62,037 nt of DNA, filler included, from Choristocarpus tenellus KU-1152 (GCA_964200185.2; 8 parts of 8 records of this genome joined end to end with filler, not necessarily neighbours in it); one strand, 5' to 3'; shown: positions 49,506 through 62,037, counted from the first letter of the whole stretch. The notes: generated by a model not told the origin, from the sequence alone. Numbers and translations are program-made.

Positions 49506-52500
49506 GAGTTGTTGATATGAAGGAAGGGAAAAGGGTCAGGTTTTACTTTTGGGTTAGTGAAGTATTTCTTTGATGTAATGTATCGACGGATTCTGGATGT
49601 GTTCACAAAGGCTTATTGGTCAAGGTCTATTGTCGTACCTTTTGCTGGAAGTATCTCAAGATATCCGCAAAAAAACTAGGTTCTAAATCTCTACCGTCAT
49701 TTCCAAGAGGATGCTTCAAGGGTCTCATCCGTCCAGCACCTTCTCCCAACCTCTTCTTCATAATGACCGTCGTTTTGGCCTTCCCTTTACCTTTTGCCGA
49801 AGGCTTGTCCCTATGTGAGGAGCCTGATGGTGTCAAATCAACCGTTGGTGTTGTTGACTCAGCATTAGTGTACATCGCAATTCCCTCCACAGTATCGTCA
49901 TTCCTTTTCCCTCTACCCGTTGGGTCGTGATCGACGGACTCGTTGATGCTGCTGCCCACCGCATGGACGTTTGGGGCCATTCCGGGGTCACTCCTGACAG
50001 GCATGGACTCTGAGTGGCTCAAAGTATCTGGGAGGGGGTGNNNNNNNNNNNNNNNNNNNNNNNNNNNNNNNNNNNNNNNNNNNNTTAATTAATTAANNNN
50101 NNNNNNNNNNNNNNNNNNNNNNNNNNNNNNNNNNNNNNNNGTATACCTTCTACATGATATTCAAGATAGGTCACCTTCAGGGTATACCTTCTGTGGAATG
50201 TGGCTCTCACACTAGACTGCAATTGATTTGTTTCAGACTGCAATGTGAAGGATTGGTTCAACAACCCCACTAGTCGTCCCTCCATTCCTTGTCCTCAAAT
50301 CTTCTCCCACATCCCCCCTGAAGTTTTTCAGTTATCTTGGTCCAGCATTTCATGGTATACTACAGATTACGCGTACAAACTGTAAATCCGTTGTGGTTAT
50401 GATGTCGAAGAAGAATATCAAAACCAGATTTTGATTTTTTTTTTATTATGGGGTCGTAGAGGCCCCAATCACCCTTTTTTCAAGAAGGTCGTCATCGACT
50501 TAACCATTGCCCGACTCCAATGTAGATGCCAACCCCCCTGTCTTCAGGAACCACCACCACCACTGTCCCTGAGAAACCCCTCTCTTGTAATGTTTTTTAA
50601 TGTTTCGCACATTCAATAACCTAACCCACTCAATTTCTTACCCTATTCCTAACCCTAACTTGTGTATAAAAATATCCCTAACCAGTCTTGAAAAAAATCT
50701 ACAAACTGTGGAGGAGTATCGTATCCACTGCAAACCGCTACCTCTCAAGGATCTGTCACTTTCCTCTTTTTCTCTAACACCCTAACCATAACCATAACCA
50801 TAACCTGTGTGTGAAAAGTACCCGTAAGTGTGAATTGTATGATGCGATGGAGGAAAGGTTCACATAGACAAGGGTGGGGAAAATAATCTGTCTAGGCGAT
50901 CAGTACAAAAACTGTAGACAACTAACTTTAGATAACAAGGAGTGAGGAAGTGGGGAGGATGACAGTTCGAATGGGTTTTAGAAAAGAAACCGTTGAGAAA
51001 TAGGAGATCCACCTTTAGAAAACTCGGTGTAGTTGGTTAGAGGAGAGGTGATGGATGGACAATGATGGAATCCTATCCTTCCAAGGATCCTGCACAACAC
51101 AGTTGAAACAAAAATGATAACATAATCATGTGTGTAGTGGATCTAATCATATTTTAAAAAGGGCGATAGAAGCGAAAACGGGATATAAGAGAGGATAAAA
51201 TAATTCCCTTGTCACCACGTTTCACACTATGAGAGAGATTTCGGCGTTTTCTCCCAGTTCTCTCTTATATTGAGTAAACCCAGATTTTTTTGCACTGAAT
51301 ATACTTCACCAAGGGGTTTCCAAAAAAGGCATGTCTAAAGTTAAGCAAAATATAACAACCCAGAAAACTGGTCGACACCACCATATATAGCAAGAGCAGT
51401 ATTTTATCTCTCATTACTGCACACTACACTACATGCAGTCTATCACATCAGGTTTAGACGACTGCATTCTACAGATAAAATGATGCCCTGCGCAGCGGGA
51501 TCCAGCTGCAACATAAAGGGTAACGCTCCTGGTCCGCCGCACTATATGCGCAAAATAGGACAATAGTGAGTTGTACCTTATTTTGTGTATGAGAGATTAT
51601 CGTTTTGATTGGAGTCCGTGTACGGGTTTTTAGTTTGCATTCAATGTGAGAGCCATCTTCCACAGAAGATATACCCTGAAGGTGACCTATCTTGAACATA
51701 TGATATTCATATGATATTTCTTGCTTGTTGAAGGTAACATCTGCTTGAAGTAAGATTGGGTGGTTTGGAGTGACCTTACCAACACCCCCCTCGTTCAGTT
51801 ACCACCTGAACACTCTTTTCGTGAGTGATCTTCTGAGGGATTGCTCTCCCTCTTTGATTTTGTCTCTCTTTGACCTTTCCTTCTGTGGGTCTTCCCGCTC
51901 CCCTTCATTTCGAAGAACCTGTCGGCCTGTTTCCACCTGTTTCACATCAACTACTTTGATATAATCGTTGACTTATGTAGGAAGCACAAAATAATAACAA
52001 AAGAAGCAATAGGAAGACACCCCGCAAAGGTCACTCTTCTAATTTCTACCATGTAATCACTTTAAGCAATGGGGAACCGGGTGAGGCTTCACACCTTCTT
52101 GTCTTCACTACAGATAAATAGCATTACCTCCCAAGGTAAATTGCACACTATACATACCATAAGTGTGTCGTTTGTAGCGACTATCTTCATGGCATTTGCA
52201 GCGTCGTAGATCCTTTCGGTGCCAGCGAAATGAAACGCATGAGCAAATTTGCGTGGGCGTCACCAAGCGCAAGGCTTCGAGTCCTCCAGAAGGTGACAAC
52301 ACGGCATCGAAGCGCCACAATAAGAAAAACAAGGGCAAGGGGAAGATGCTGCCAAACAAATCTATGGAGAAAGATGCGTCCTACAAGCCTTGTGGTGTCA
52401 ATAATAGAAAATGCTTGAGCTTTGTAGAGAAGGTAGAGGCGTTGACACCCCTGAAGGCCATGACAGGAACTGCGATTACTCAAAAGTGGAATCGGCCACA

Positions 52501-52779
52501 GCACCCTCTACAAGTTGAAGAAGGAGGCAACAACCATCATGGAGAAAGTGCAGACGCTGAAACCTGACGCTAAGTCTACGAGGGGTGCCAAACATGTCGA
52601 GGTGTGTCAGTGTGTGGATTGAAAGACTGAAAGTAGGTTGATTGTGAGCATGATTTAATTGTATTTCTGCAGTGTATGCTGATGAGTATCATGATTAATT
52701 TTTTTGAAATTTTGCGCGCGTTTCTGTCGTACTGTAATGTCTGTACTGTGTACTGTAGTATCACGGGTGGACATTTTGC

Positions 52780-53270
52780 TTGTAAAGGTACGCCCCGCAA
52801 TATATTAATGAGGATCTCTCCGATGCTCTTGACGCTTTACACCTCAAACCTGGTGGAAAACCGTCTCAGGATTCCATCAACGCAGCCCGAGGGTGGATCC
52901 GTGTGGAAGACAACCATGAAGTGGCCAATGCGATACTAGAGGACATGAAAGGCCAGTAGCTAGAGGAATCCTTGTACCAGTCAGTCAAGGAAAGCTTGGG
53001 TGGCAAGGATGATGATGGGTTTATGGGAGGGGACAGTGCATCGGGGGCCGTGAGTAAAGGAGCAACCTCTTTGGTGTTCTCGATCCCTCCACCGTTGTAC
53101 TCTCAAGTGGCTGACAAGGTTGCAAGCTTAGAAAAAACCGTCGAAGAGTGCAGCATGAACGATGTTTCGTACCATCTCCGGAAAGCATAGCTAGCTTGGC
53201 TCAGCGCGACCAGGACAAGGGCAATCAAACAAGCGGACATTCGCGATTTTTTGGGCAGTCGGGATTTTTT
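52780..53270 (+). pseudogene. C-terminal remnant of a pogo/Tigger-like transposase (tentative)
   Basis: Acidic linker then PPPLYSQVA..LEKTVEECSMNDVSYHLRKA*..KQADIRDF; a terminal KQxxIxxFF motif is typical of pogo-like elements. Confidence 0.4.
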
Positions 53271-55719
53271 TATGAGCAAAAAAGCTGTGTTACTCAGTGT
53301 GTGTGATGGGGGGGTGCATCGCGGTGCAGCTGTATTTGATCTACGGTGGTCTTTTTGATACTGTACTGTAAAAATATACTTGTAGAGTGCAATTGAATAC
53401 GTGGGGCAGGGCATTGGAAGGAGATTGACTTTGAAAGTTGCTTTGATTTTGAACTGCGAGTCTTCTGTCCAGCCATCCAACGGCTTGCAGATGCTTTTCT
53501 TGGGAAGGTGTACTATACATATGAGTGAATACTGTGAAATTAACCTTGAAAGTAATGCTATTTGATCATTAGTAAGACCAGAAGGTGTGCTCATACTACC
53601 CCTTTGCCGAATGTGCAAAGATTGGGTGGATGAAATTAGAAGAGTGACATTGTGGGGTGTCTTCTTACTGCTTGTCTTATTAATATTTGTGCCTTATACG
53701 TAAATCAGTGGTTATGCCAGAGTAGTTGAATGCAGAAACAAACCTACATAATCTGGATAGTCACCACATATTATGGAATCAATCCAATTCCATAATCTCA
53801 CATACACAAAATAGGGTACATCGTACTATTATTGTCCTATTTTGTACTAATACATGGTAATGAGCGTAATTTACCAAAGTATACATATGACACTGGTATA
53901 CTGTGCACGGGTGGTGTAGATGTGGTGCTTGCTGCACCGCCACAGCTTCATCAAAATGGGCTCACCGAGGGCAATGTTCAATACATGTCTACATGTAACT
54001 ACTCTTGAGGGAACATGGGAAGCACATACACCAAGGGTGTCGTTATTCGGGGATAAGTATAAAGTGCCGACACAGGCATTGTTGCTCGATATAACATAGT
54101 TTTCTCTTATCACGATCTCTTGGTTTAAGATAAAAACGCTCTTATATACAATAAGAGAGGATCGGGATATGAGAGTTTTTTTTTCCAGTTCCCCCTAAGC
54201 TCTCTTACATAGGTACGTTAACGGTGGAAGATTTTGGGCGCTTTGGTAAGCAAGGTTACTGGATGAGCTAGCTACGCACGTGGTAAGGGGGGAGGGACAG
54301 GAGGCTACAGTAGGAAAGGGGCGGTCAAATCTCGTCTACGCCAAATTGTCTCAGTCACAACCCAAGTAGCACTATCTCAACGTGTCATGTGTTTTAAGCT
54401 GGAGACACCAGGGAGATGGGCAAGGAGGGACTTGCTAGATTGTTGGGATGCTTCCCTAGCTCCTCTCCCTGGGGTACAGCACTAAGCTAGGTTGGAGGTA
54501 CAGGAAGGTAGTGGTCCAGTATAGCTAGTAGTAAAATAGTTGAAATATTAATGTCTTTCACATTTTACCACAACTGTGACTTTTTGGGTTTTTTTTCTGA
54601 CATGTGAATAGTTTTCATTAGTTTTCCCCTGACACATCCGGAAAAAGTCAAGAGGACAATAATAAAAATATAGGTACACCGCCTATATTCCAAAGTACAG
54701 TTAACTTGTCAGAAAATAACCTCAACCGGTATGTTGATGTGTGGAATGCGGCAATAGCGGTATGACAACAGTCAACCCAACCCTGCTTTCAATACATTTG
54801 ATTATTATGCCCTCTGACATTTTGCAGATGTGTCAGGGGGGAGTTTTATTATTATTTACACCGTGAAATTTTTAATATTTTTTGTTTCAAGATGTGAAAA
54901 ACTATTGACAATGGGATTTCCAGAACGACAGTAATGCTACAGGCGCCCCTCAGAACTCGCCTCCACAGGATGTACAACTCAAATCCAACGACCTTAAAAA
55001 CGACGCTATGGGGGCGTTGCCCTTTACAACAGTTTGTATGGTGTCAGGTGTCCTTCTCTTCTTGATGTTCCACTCAGTGTTTAGCTCAAAGCTCGACTCA
55101 AAAGTTTCGTTCAAGATAAAAGATACTGGTGCATAAGTGGGGTGATCGATTGACCAAAAACCCTCTTATTATTTTCATCATCCACCCAATTTCTTTGGTC
55201 TTCTATCAACTGCTCTATAGGTAATCCAATCGTAGACCTTTATTCTGCAACTTCTTAGGGACTTTGACATTTTCTGCTGTAATGTTACGTATGCATTACC
55301 AATCTTACTCTGTATCTNNNNNNNNNNNNNNNNNNNNNNNNNNNNNNNNNNNNNNNNNNNNTTAATTAATTAANNNNNNNNNNNNNNNNNNNNNNNNNNN
55401 NNNNNNNNNNNNNNNNNTTTGGTTGTAGTGGTAGGGGGGAAAATTTAAGCACCCTTTTCCTGGGCAGGGCCCGAATAGACACCCGGGTGTAGGCCCCCCC
55501 CCCCCCCCCAGATACTTTGAGCCAAGATTCTATCAAGAGATCCACTTTGTAGTTGCTTCACTTACCAACTGGAGCTACCTAATTTTTCATGATATGATTT
55601 CAACAGACATGCCCTTAGTTTTTCTCCAAGACCAATTTTTACTTTTCCAAGAGACCCAAGATCCTCCACCCCCCCAGCTCAACACCGCTTCATCCTCAAC
55701 CTTGGAAAAATCGCGATGA

Positions 55720-56970
55720 AGGTTCAAAGAAGGCGAAGCCCACCTTGGTGCTGATCATCGCAAGCTGATATACCACCATGACAACTGCATCTATGGAAGG
55801 TCCAACAAAGATGCCATTCTGTTCAGTACCTCCTCTTCCAACTCTCCCAAACATAGGCAAAGTGCCCCTTATGCCTTTGAGCACTCTGACCGCACGAGAA
55901 GGGACCAAGAAAGGGGCGCATGTCTTGGTGTGAGCAATAACAGGGGAAGGATAGAGGATAGAGGAGGATGGGAGGGAGGGAGAGGAGGTGGGAGCACGGA
56001 AGGTGAGGTTGGGTGGTCATATGTTGAAGGTGATGGTGGTTGTGTCCAGACACAGCATGAGTCCGATGCTCAAGAGTATCGAACAAAATATCCAGGACTC
56101 CCAAGGTTTGGAGCAGTTCTTGGCGGTTACAAAGACAATGGTGAAGTATCGACACGGGGAGAGGTGGAGAGAGTCGAAGGTTTTAGGGCAGAGGCAGTTG
56201 CAGGGGTTGGGACAGATGCGTTGGCAGGATCAGGAGGTACAGTGGGGATGGGAGATGGACTAGATCTGGATCAGGGTCGACAACAAGGGTGTGCCTACAT
56301 GTCTTGTCCGAAACCTAAGCAAGAGGTGTCCCTTAAACCAAGCATGCACAGCCTGCCTGGCCAAGAGGTCTCAGATGTTGACATTGTGGACTGTTTGAAT
56401 AATTGTGATAAGAATGCAAAAGGCCGGAATGTTGGGCAGATAGGCAAGGAGGATATGGATGGGGTAAGAGCAGCAGGTTGTGCATCTCCAGGATCAGAGG
56501 TTAGAGAGAGAGGGGGGCCGTGTGGGTGTGCCGAGAGTGGAGAAGAGATGATCAGGAAAGAGTTGTGGGCCGAGCAAAAGCAGGGGCAAGAGCAGGAGTT
56601 AGAGTCAAGGCAAGAGCGCCACCTTGCAGGGGGTAAGGGTCAGGTGCAGGGTCATGTTGAGCGGGATCTTGTCATGGGCTTCATCCCAATAGACCTCCTT
56701 AGGAGGCTTCTGAGCATTCATGGAGAAGGGACAGGGTCAAAGGCAAGGGCTAGAGCTGGTGACAGGGTAGAAGTCGGCAAGACTAATGCCTTCAGCCAGA
56801 GAGAAGACTACCATGGGGGGAAGGGGAGCGAGCAAAGGCGAGTAGATGCTGCAGAAAGACTGAAGACTCTAGTTTCTGGGTCGGCGGAGGACAGTTCCAG
56901 GGTTCAACCTCATGTGGGCGAGATATTGTCCTTACTCTTCTGTCTTGCCAATGACCCCAACATTAAGATT
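55720..56970 (+). CDS. Large internal exon: low-complexity region followed by the start of a HEAT/TOG-like domain (TOGARAM/FAM179-like, tentative)
   Basis: Stop-free frame 55720-57030, the longest in the window, with a strong donor GTGAGT at 56971 directly after RRVDAAERLKTLV...LLFCLANDPNIKI. The 5' boundary is uncertain. Confidence 0.55.
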
Positions 56971-57687
56971 GTGAGTGCGTGTTTACCGTGCTCAGTGCAC
57001 CCTCCTAGGATTCAGTACCCTTATCATTAGCAACCTCGTTTGTGAGATACTGCAAACGTATGATGCATAGTGGGGGTTATATATATTCTTCGGAGTATGA
57101 GTCAAAGTAGACAAGAGGTACCCCCAGTTAATCTTAAGAATGATGGTAAATTCACACAAAATTCTGCTTTTTTGCAATTCTGTATAGGATATTTTCCGAG
57201 ATGTATCCAAAATTAATGCAATAGAGAAATCAACCCTCTCAAGTCAAACTTAGCATTTCATCCATAGATATATGGGTGAATTGCAAGAGATTGAAAATTT
57301 TTCCTATAGTACCTTTCGTTTAGTTTGGCTCTATATATTCGGTTTGGGAATGAGTGATCGTAACTTACTAGTAATTTATTTATAATTTCTACATCTTAGC
57401 AAAGTTTGAAAAAGTATACAGAACACTTAAATGGAGCAATACTTCCACAAATTTGACTGTGTTTATATAGATCTTTGCAAGGAGAACGACAATTTTGGTG
57501 CTCTGAAGATCGCTTGGATTTTGAGATAATGGCAAATAGGTACCTATTTTACTGTCTATGAACAGCAGGTTTCCTGTTAACTCTGCTTGTAAATGCTTTG
57601 CAGTAAAAGCCAGGAAAAGTCTCTCCAACCTCTACCAGTACTCTATGGTGGTGTAAATTAAACAGCCCACTCTTGAGAGGAAAATTA

Positions 57688-58205
57688 CCCAAAGCATTTA
57701 AGAGGGTTGCTCTGTTTGTCCGTTCGGGGCTTGACTTCCCAATGGGTTTTTATGCCTTTTTCGGTTTTCTGTGTGAACATTTCGGATTTTGGAGTAGGTA
57801 AAATGTATAGGAGTATGAAATGTGTGTCCGGAGTAAGGATAATTCACACTTGCTAACAAACACAATAGTCAAAATTAATCAAAATCGCAGCATTGGATTT
57901 ATGACGAGTCAAAGTATCTTAGAGGGTAGAGCCACGTCCATTTGGGGGCCAAAATCCAATATTACAATTTTGATGTAATTTTGACTATCGTGTTTGTTAG
58001 AAGATGTCAATATTCTTGTTCCGGACACTCCTTTTCATAACGTATACATTTTACCTACTCCGAAACAGTTTGGAGTAGGTAAAATGTCATTAAAAACCCG
58101 TGGGGAGCTAAGTCCCAAATGGACAAACAGGGAAAAACTCGTACCCTCTAAGATACTTTAACTCTGACCCCAAACTGACGCAGCCTTAGACCCAAAGTAT
58201 CTGGG
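57688..58205. mobile_element. Nested MITEs: young B copy (57906-58164) inside an older B copy, plus a family A end at 58189
   Basis: Inner GAGTC...AACTC flanked by TGAC/TGAC; the outer copy resumes TGACCCCAAA after it. Confidence 0.85.
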
Positions 58206-59187
58206 NNNNNNNNNNNNNNNNNNNNNNNNNNNNNNNNNNNNNNNNNNNNTTAATTAATTAANNNNNNNNNNNNNNNNNNNNNNNNNNNNNNNNNNNNNNN
58301 NNNNNGGGGTTTTAAGGGGGGTCTTCCCCCCTTTTTTTTCCCCAAAAAAAACAACCCCCGGGTGGCCCCCCCCCCCCCCCCCCCAGATACTTTGGGTCTG
58401 AACACACACATCTTTTTTTACTCAGACAAACCCTTTCGAGTATTCCTACAAGTAGCCTGCACACTGTGCTCTAGCGTATTTCTCGTTCATCATTGCACCA
58501 ATGTACCAATGAAAGCACCTTACATCAAGCGCCTTTGCCATTACATCTGCACTCTGTTATTCCGTTCTGACATGCTCTACACTGGTTATTTCGTTCTGCA
58601 CCACTCCATGGGTGAAGTTTGATCCTAATATCTATACGTTTGGTATGATGACTACTGTTAGGATTTCTAGTCAGCTCAATCGTCCCCTTGTTGTCTCCAT
58701 TCTTCATAAAATTTGATTGTGTAATACCTTAATGTTGGCACCATGAACCATTGTGCTGTTCGCAGGAACACGATGTCTTTATGGCGTCCTGCCAACATCA
58801 TGCACTCTAACTCCATCCTTGACATTGCCGTCACCCTTTGGGTTTTCGAAAACCAGTTGATTACAGCAACACCTAGTACGATGACGCCTCCCAAAATAGA
58901 GTGCCTGTCACCTGGGCATGTTGTGTAGTCTGCACCCGAAAATGTTGTCATTTCCATTGTTGCCCTCGGCCTTCCATAGATTAATCGCCTGTCCTTTGTC
59001 CTCAGCGCATACTGGAGTATCTTCTGCACACCCATCCGGTGTGTTTGTTCTGAATCCTCACAGAATTTTGTCATTGGCTATACTGAGTCTGCAATATCCG
59101 GTCGAGTCATGACGGATGCCCGCATCAGCAAACCCCCTGCTTCCCAATAGGATATTTTCTGCATTGCTTGCTTCTGATCAACGGAGT

Positions 59188-59633
59188 CTGACATTTTCCT
59201 ACTCCAAAATGTTTCGGAGTAGAGCCAAAGTATCTTAGAGGGTAGAGCCGCGTCCATTTGGGGGTCAAAATCCTATGTTGTGATTTGAAAGAAATTTTGG
59301 CTATCGTGTTTGTTAGGAAGTGTCATTAACCTTGCTCTGGACATACCTTTTCAGAACGTAGAAATTTTACCTACTCCTCAAAATTTTGAAGTAGGAAAAT
59401 GTCATAAAAACCCCGAGGGAAGCCAACCCCCAAATGGAAAAACAGGGCAAAACTCGTACCCTCTAAGATACTTTCACTCAGTAGGTAAAATATATACACT
59501 ATGAAAAGTTGTCTCTGGAACAAGGATACTGACACTTCCTAACAAACATAATAGTCAAAATTCCATCAAAATCGCCACATTGGATTTTGGCCCCCAAATG
59601 GACGCGGCCTTACTCTCTAAGATACTTTGGCTC
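59188..59633. mobile_element. Nested family B MITEs (inner copy 59222-59479)
   Basis: Inner GAGCC...CACTC flanked by AGTA/AGTA, inserted in the central palindrome of an oppositely oriented B copy. Confidence 0.88.
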
Positions 59634-60198
59634 TGATGTTATTCCTTGTGAGGCCGGAACCATGCTGGTCTTGGTGATGTTAAATATTCTTGCGATGATT
59701 TGATAGTAGATGTGCTGGTCCATTTTTAGCTGCTTCTTCTCAAGGTCACAGTAGATTTGACAACTCATGTAGAAGCTTGCTTCCCCAAGAAACTTGATTG
59801 TGAACTTTGTGTGGAGATCTCTCACAAACTACCCCATTGTTGCAGTGCCCCTACTGCCCATCAGGATGTTGACATGTACGATGGATATTGTTTCCAGTTC
59901 ACTATCCACAGTCCTTATTAACATGCAATGGTCAGCTTTTGATTGCTCGATCCCCAAGTGTTATTAATGAGTCTATGGACAATCGGTTCCATCTCCATGG
60001 TGCCTGGACTAAACCATAGATGGAACGGTTTAGTTTTACGACAGCCCCGGGAAACTTCTGGTACTAATTCAGCCACTCAATGAAGATTCTTCCTCCACTG
60101 ATGCTTGAATGGATGCTTGTTCAACATCGAGATCTCTTACCTCCAGATCTTCCATTCCTGCTGTTGCTGGCAACATCCTGATGCTTGCCCTCGATGGT

Positions 60199-60456
60199 GA
60201 GTGAAAGCATCTTAGAGGGTATGAGTTTTTCCCTGTTTGTCCATTTGGGGCTTGGCTTCCCATGCGTTTTTTATGAAATTTTCCCGCTCCAAAATGTTTC
60301 GGAGTAGGTCAAATGTATATGTTATGAAAAGGTGTGTTCAGAACAAGGATACTGACACTTCCTAACAAACACGATAGCCACACTTTCATCAAAATCGTAA
60401 CATTGGATTTTGGCCCCCAAATGGACGCGGCTCTACCCTCTAAGATACTTTGGCTC
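60199..60456. mobile_element. MITE family B, full copy
   Basis: GAGTGAAAGCATCTTAGAGGGTA...TACCCTCTAAGATACTTTGGCTC; TSD TGGT. Confidence 0.9.
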
Positions 60457-60831
60457 TGGTATAGGCATGAACTTATCCGTGTAGTCCAGTCCAGGGATTT
60501 GTATCTTGCCACTTCACTGTTCTCATCCACTTTTCTCTTGGATACAATTTTAGATCCAGCAGCCATGCAGACAGCTGGGCGTGAAACCTGTGTCCCAACG
60601 TTGTTCTCTTTAGCCTCTCCATTGCTGCTTCAAACAACTTCACCCATTCCTTTGATTCTCCTGAGGAAAGAGCTTATGCCAGATTTGTTGATTCAGGTGG
60701 TAGTTCACATGCCAGACTCTCCAGCATGACAGGAGCTGGTATTGCCAAGCTCTTGTATACCTGTTCCTCCATCATTCCCACCGACTTGAACTTCACCCCT
60801 CTTTTCTTCCAGATACTGCATAGTGCAAGCT

Positions 60832-61092
60832 GAGTGAAACTATCTTAGAGGGTACGAGTTTTTCCCTGTTTTTCCATTTGGGGCTTGGCTTCCCATGGGG
60901 GTTCTTTTATGGCATTTTCCTACTCCAAAATGTTTAGGAGTAGGTAAAGTGTATATCTTATGAAAAGGTGTGTCCGGAACATGGATATTGATACTTCCTA
61001 ACAAATACAATAGTCAAAATTGCGTCAAAATCGCAACATTGCATATTGGCCCCCAAATGGACGCGGCTCTACCTTCTAAGATACTTTGGCTC
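60832..61092. mobile_element. MITE family B, full copy
   Basis: Same termini; TSD AGCT. Confidence 0.9.
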
Positions 61093-62037
61093 AGCTGTTG
61101 TTGTTGGTGGAAGCATCATCATCGTCGTCTTCTTGATCAGCCGAGGCTTATGTTGTTCTGCGTTTCATATGACCTAGGATTGTTGGATATGCCTGCCTAG
61201 TCTAGGGATTACATATTTGCTGAAGCTTTCTGGACTTTGGTTGTTGGGCCTGATCCACTGGGTTTTCGGTTAACTCTGGTTGCTCGTGTAGCCCTTCTTT
61301 TATCTCGGATTCACTGTTTGTCACTGTGCCAAACTGCCCCCTCGTACCACCATCTCAGGGGTCTTGTTGTCTTCTGTCGCGGGATTGCTTAATCTATCTG
61401 GTTGTTTTGCTTGTCGATGCCACGTCACATCCTGTTGTATCCCTATTACCCACGTTGCCACATTGAGCACCTTTATTGAGCCATTTGGTCGGTTTGGAGG
61501 CCATTTGTGCTTGATGCATTTATGCCCACATGATGCTAGTTTATGTTGTGTGTGTTTTGAAAACAACCCACCATGCTATTCCTCGAATGGTGCTTCTTTA
61601 GCTCTGTTGTCTGTTGTCTTGGGTACCATATGTTGGTGCACTTTTGCTTTGAGCACCATGAGTAGGGTTTCCAGCTCCCTCTTGATGTTGTATCGCTTGA
61701 CAGTCACTCATGTGAGCTGTTTGCATGGGTGCCCTAGCATGTTGTACATTTCCAGATATCTTTCTGGTTAACAGCAGGAAGTGCTGTCCCTGATGCTGCA
61801 AGCTGTTGTATCTCGACCATGTATAGTCCTTCTTTCCCAGAAATGAAAGTATCATCGTCATCGCGTGGTACTGCTGTGTCTCACCCCTCATTTGAATGCC
61901 ACGGCCTGACGTTTTAGAAGCTCTCTTTGCTGATAGTAGGTTCTGCACCAAGTCTGGTACTAGTGCTATCTCTTTCGACGCACCCGTTTTTGGTTCTGGG
62001 TCAATGTATCTGGGGGGGGGGGGGGTCGGGGCCGGTT

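Larger units (their letters stand above)
58560..61960 (-). mobile_element. Decayed Ty1/Copia LTR retrotransposon interrupted by four family B MITEs
   Basis: Copia RT/RNase H motifs: DLDVEQASIQA, LNRSIYGLVQAP, KILQYALRT, ADYTTCPGDRHSILG, INWFSKTQRVTAMSRMELE. Confidence 0.8.

Noticed and set aside
1-62037. Prokaryotic defence system, operon or endogenous giant-virus segment
   Set aside because: No gene-dense intronless block and no cas, phage or NCLDV hallmark motifs; all recognisable genes have spliceosomal introns.

Overview
Eukaryotic, repeat-rich, intron-containing DNA, most likely from a brown alga or a close stramenopile relative (inferred from gene structure and protein similarity). It is built from at least 8 contigs joined by artificial 100-bp linkers (N44-TTAATTAATTAA-N44), so adjacency across linkers is unproven. 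Host genes: the 3' half of a stand-alone carbamoyl-phosphate synthetase (12 exons, + strand), an XRCC2-like RAD51 paralogue (6 exons, - strand), one UbiA-prenyltransferase exon and one long exon ending in a TOG/HEAT-like segment. The rest is decayed Gypsy, Copia, RTE-LINE, hAT, pogo and Tc1-like remnants, overlaid by about 30 copies or fragments of three related MITE families (A ~180 bp, B ~260 bp, C ~160 bp or longer). These share a bipartite end (N5-AAAGTATCT plus subterminal GTCCRTTT), make 3-4 bp TSDs and insert into each other. This MITE system is the most notable thing I can support. I see no convincing novel protein-coding system. All similarity calls are by eye, with no database search.
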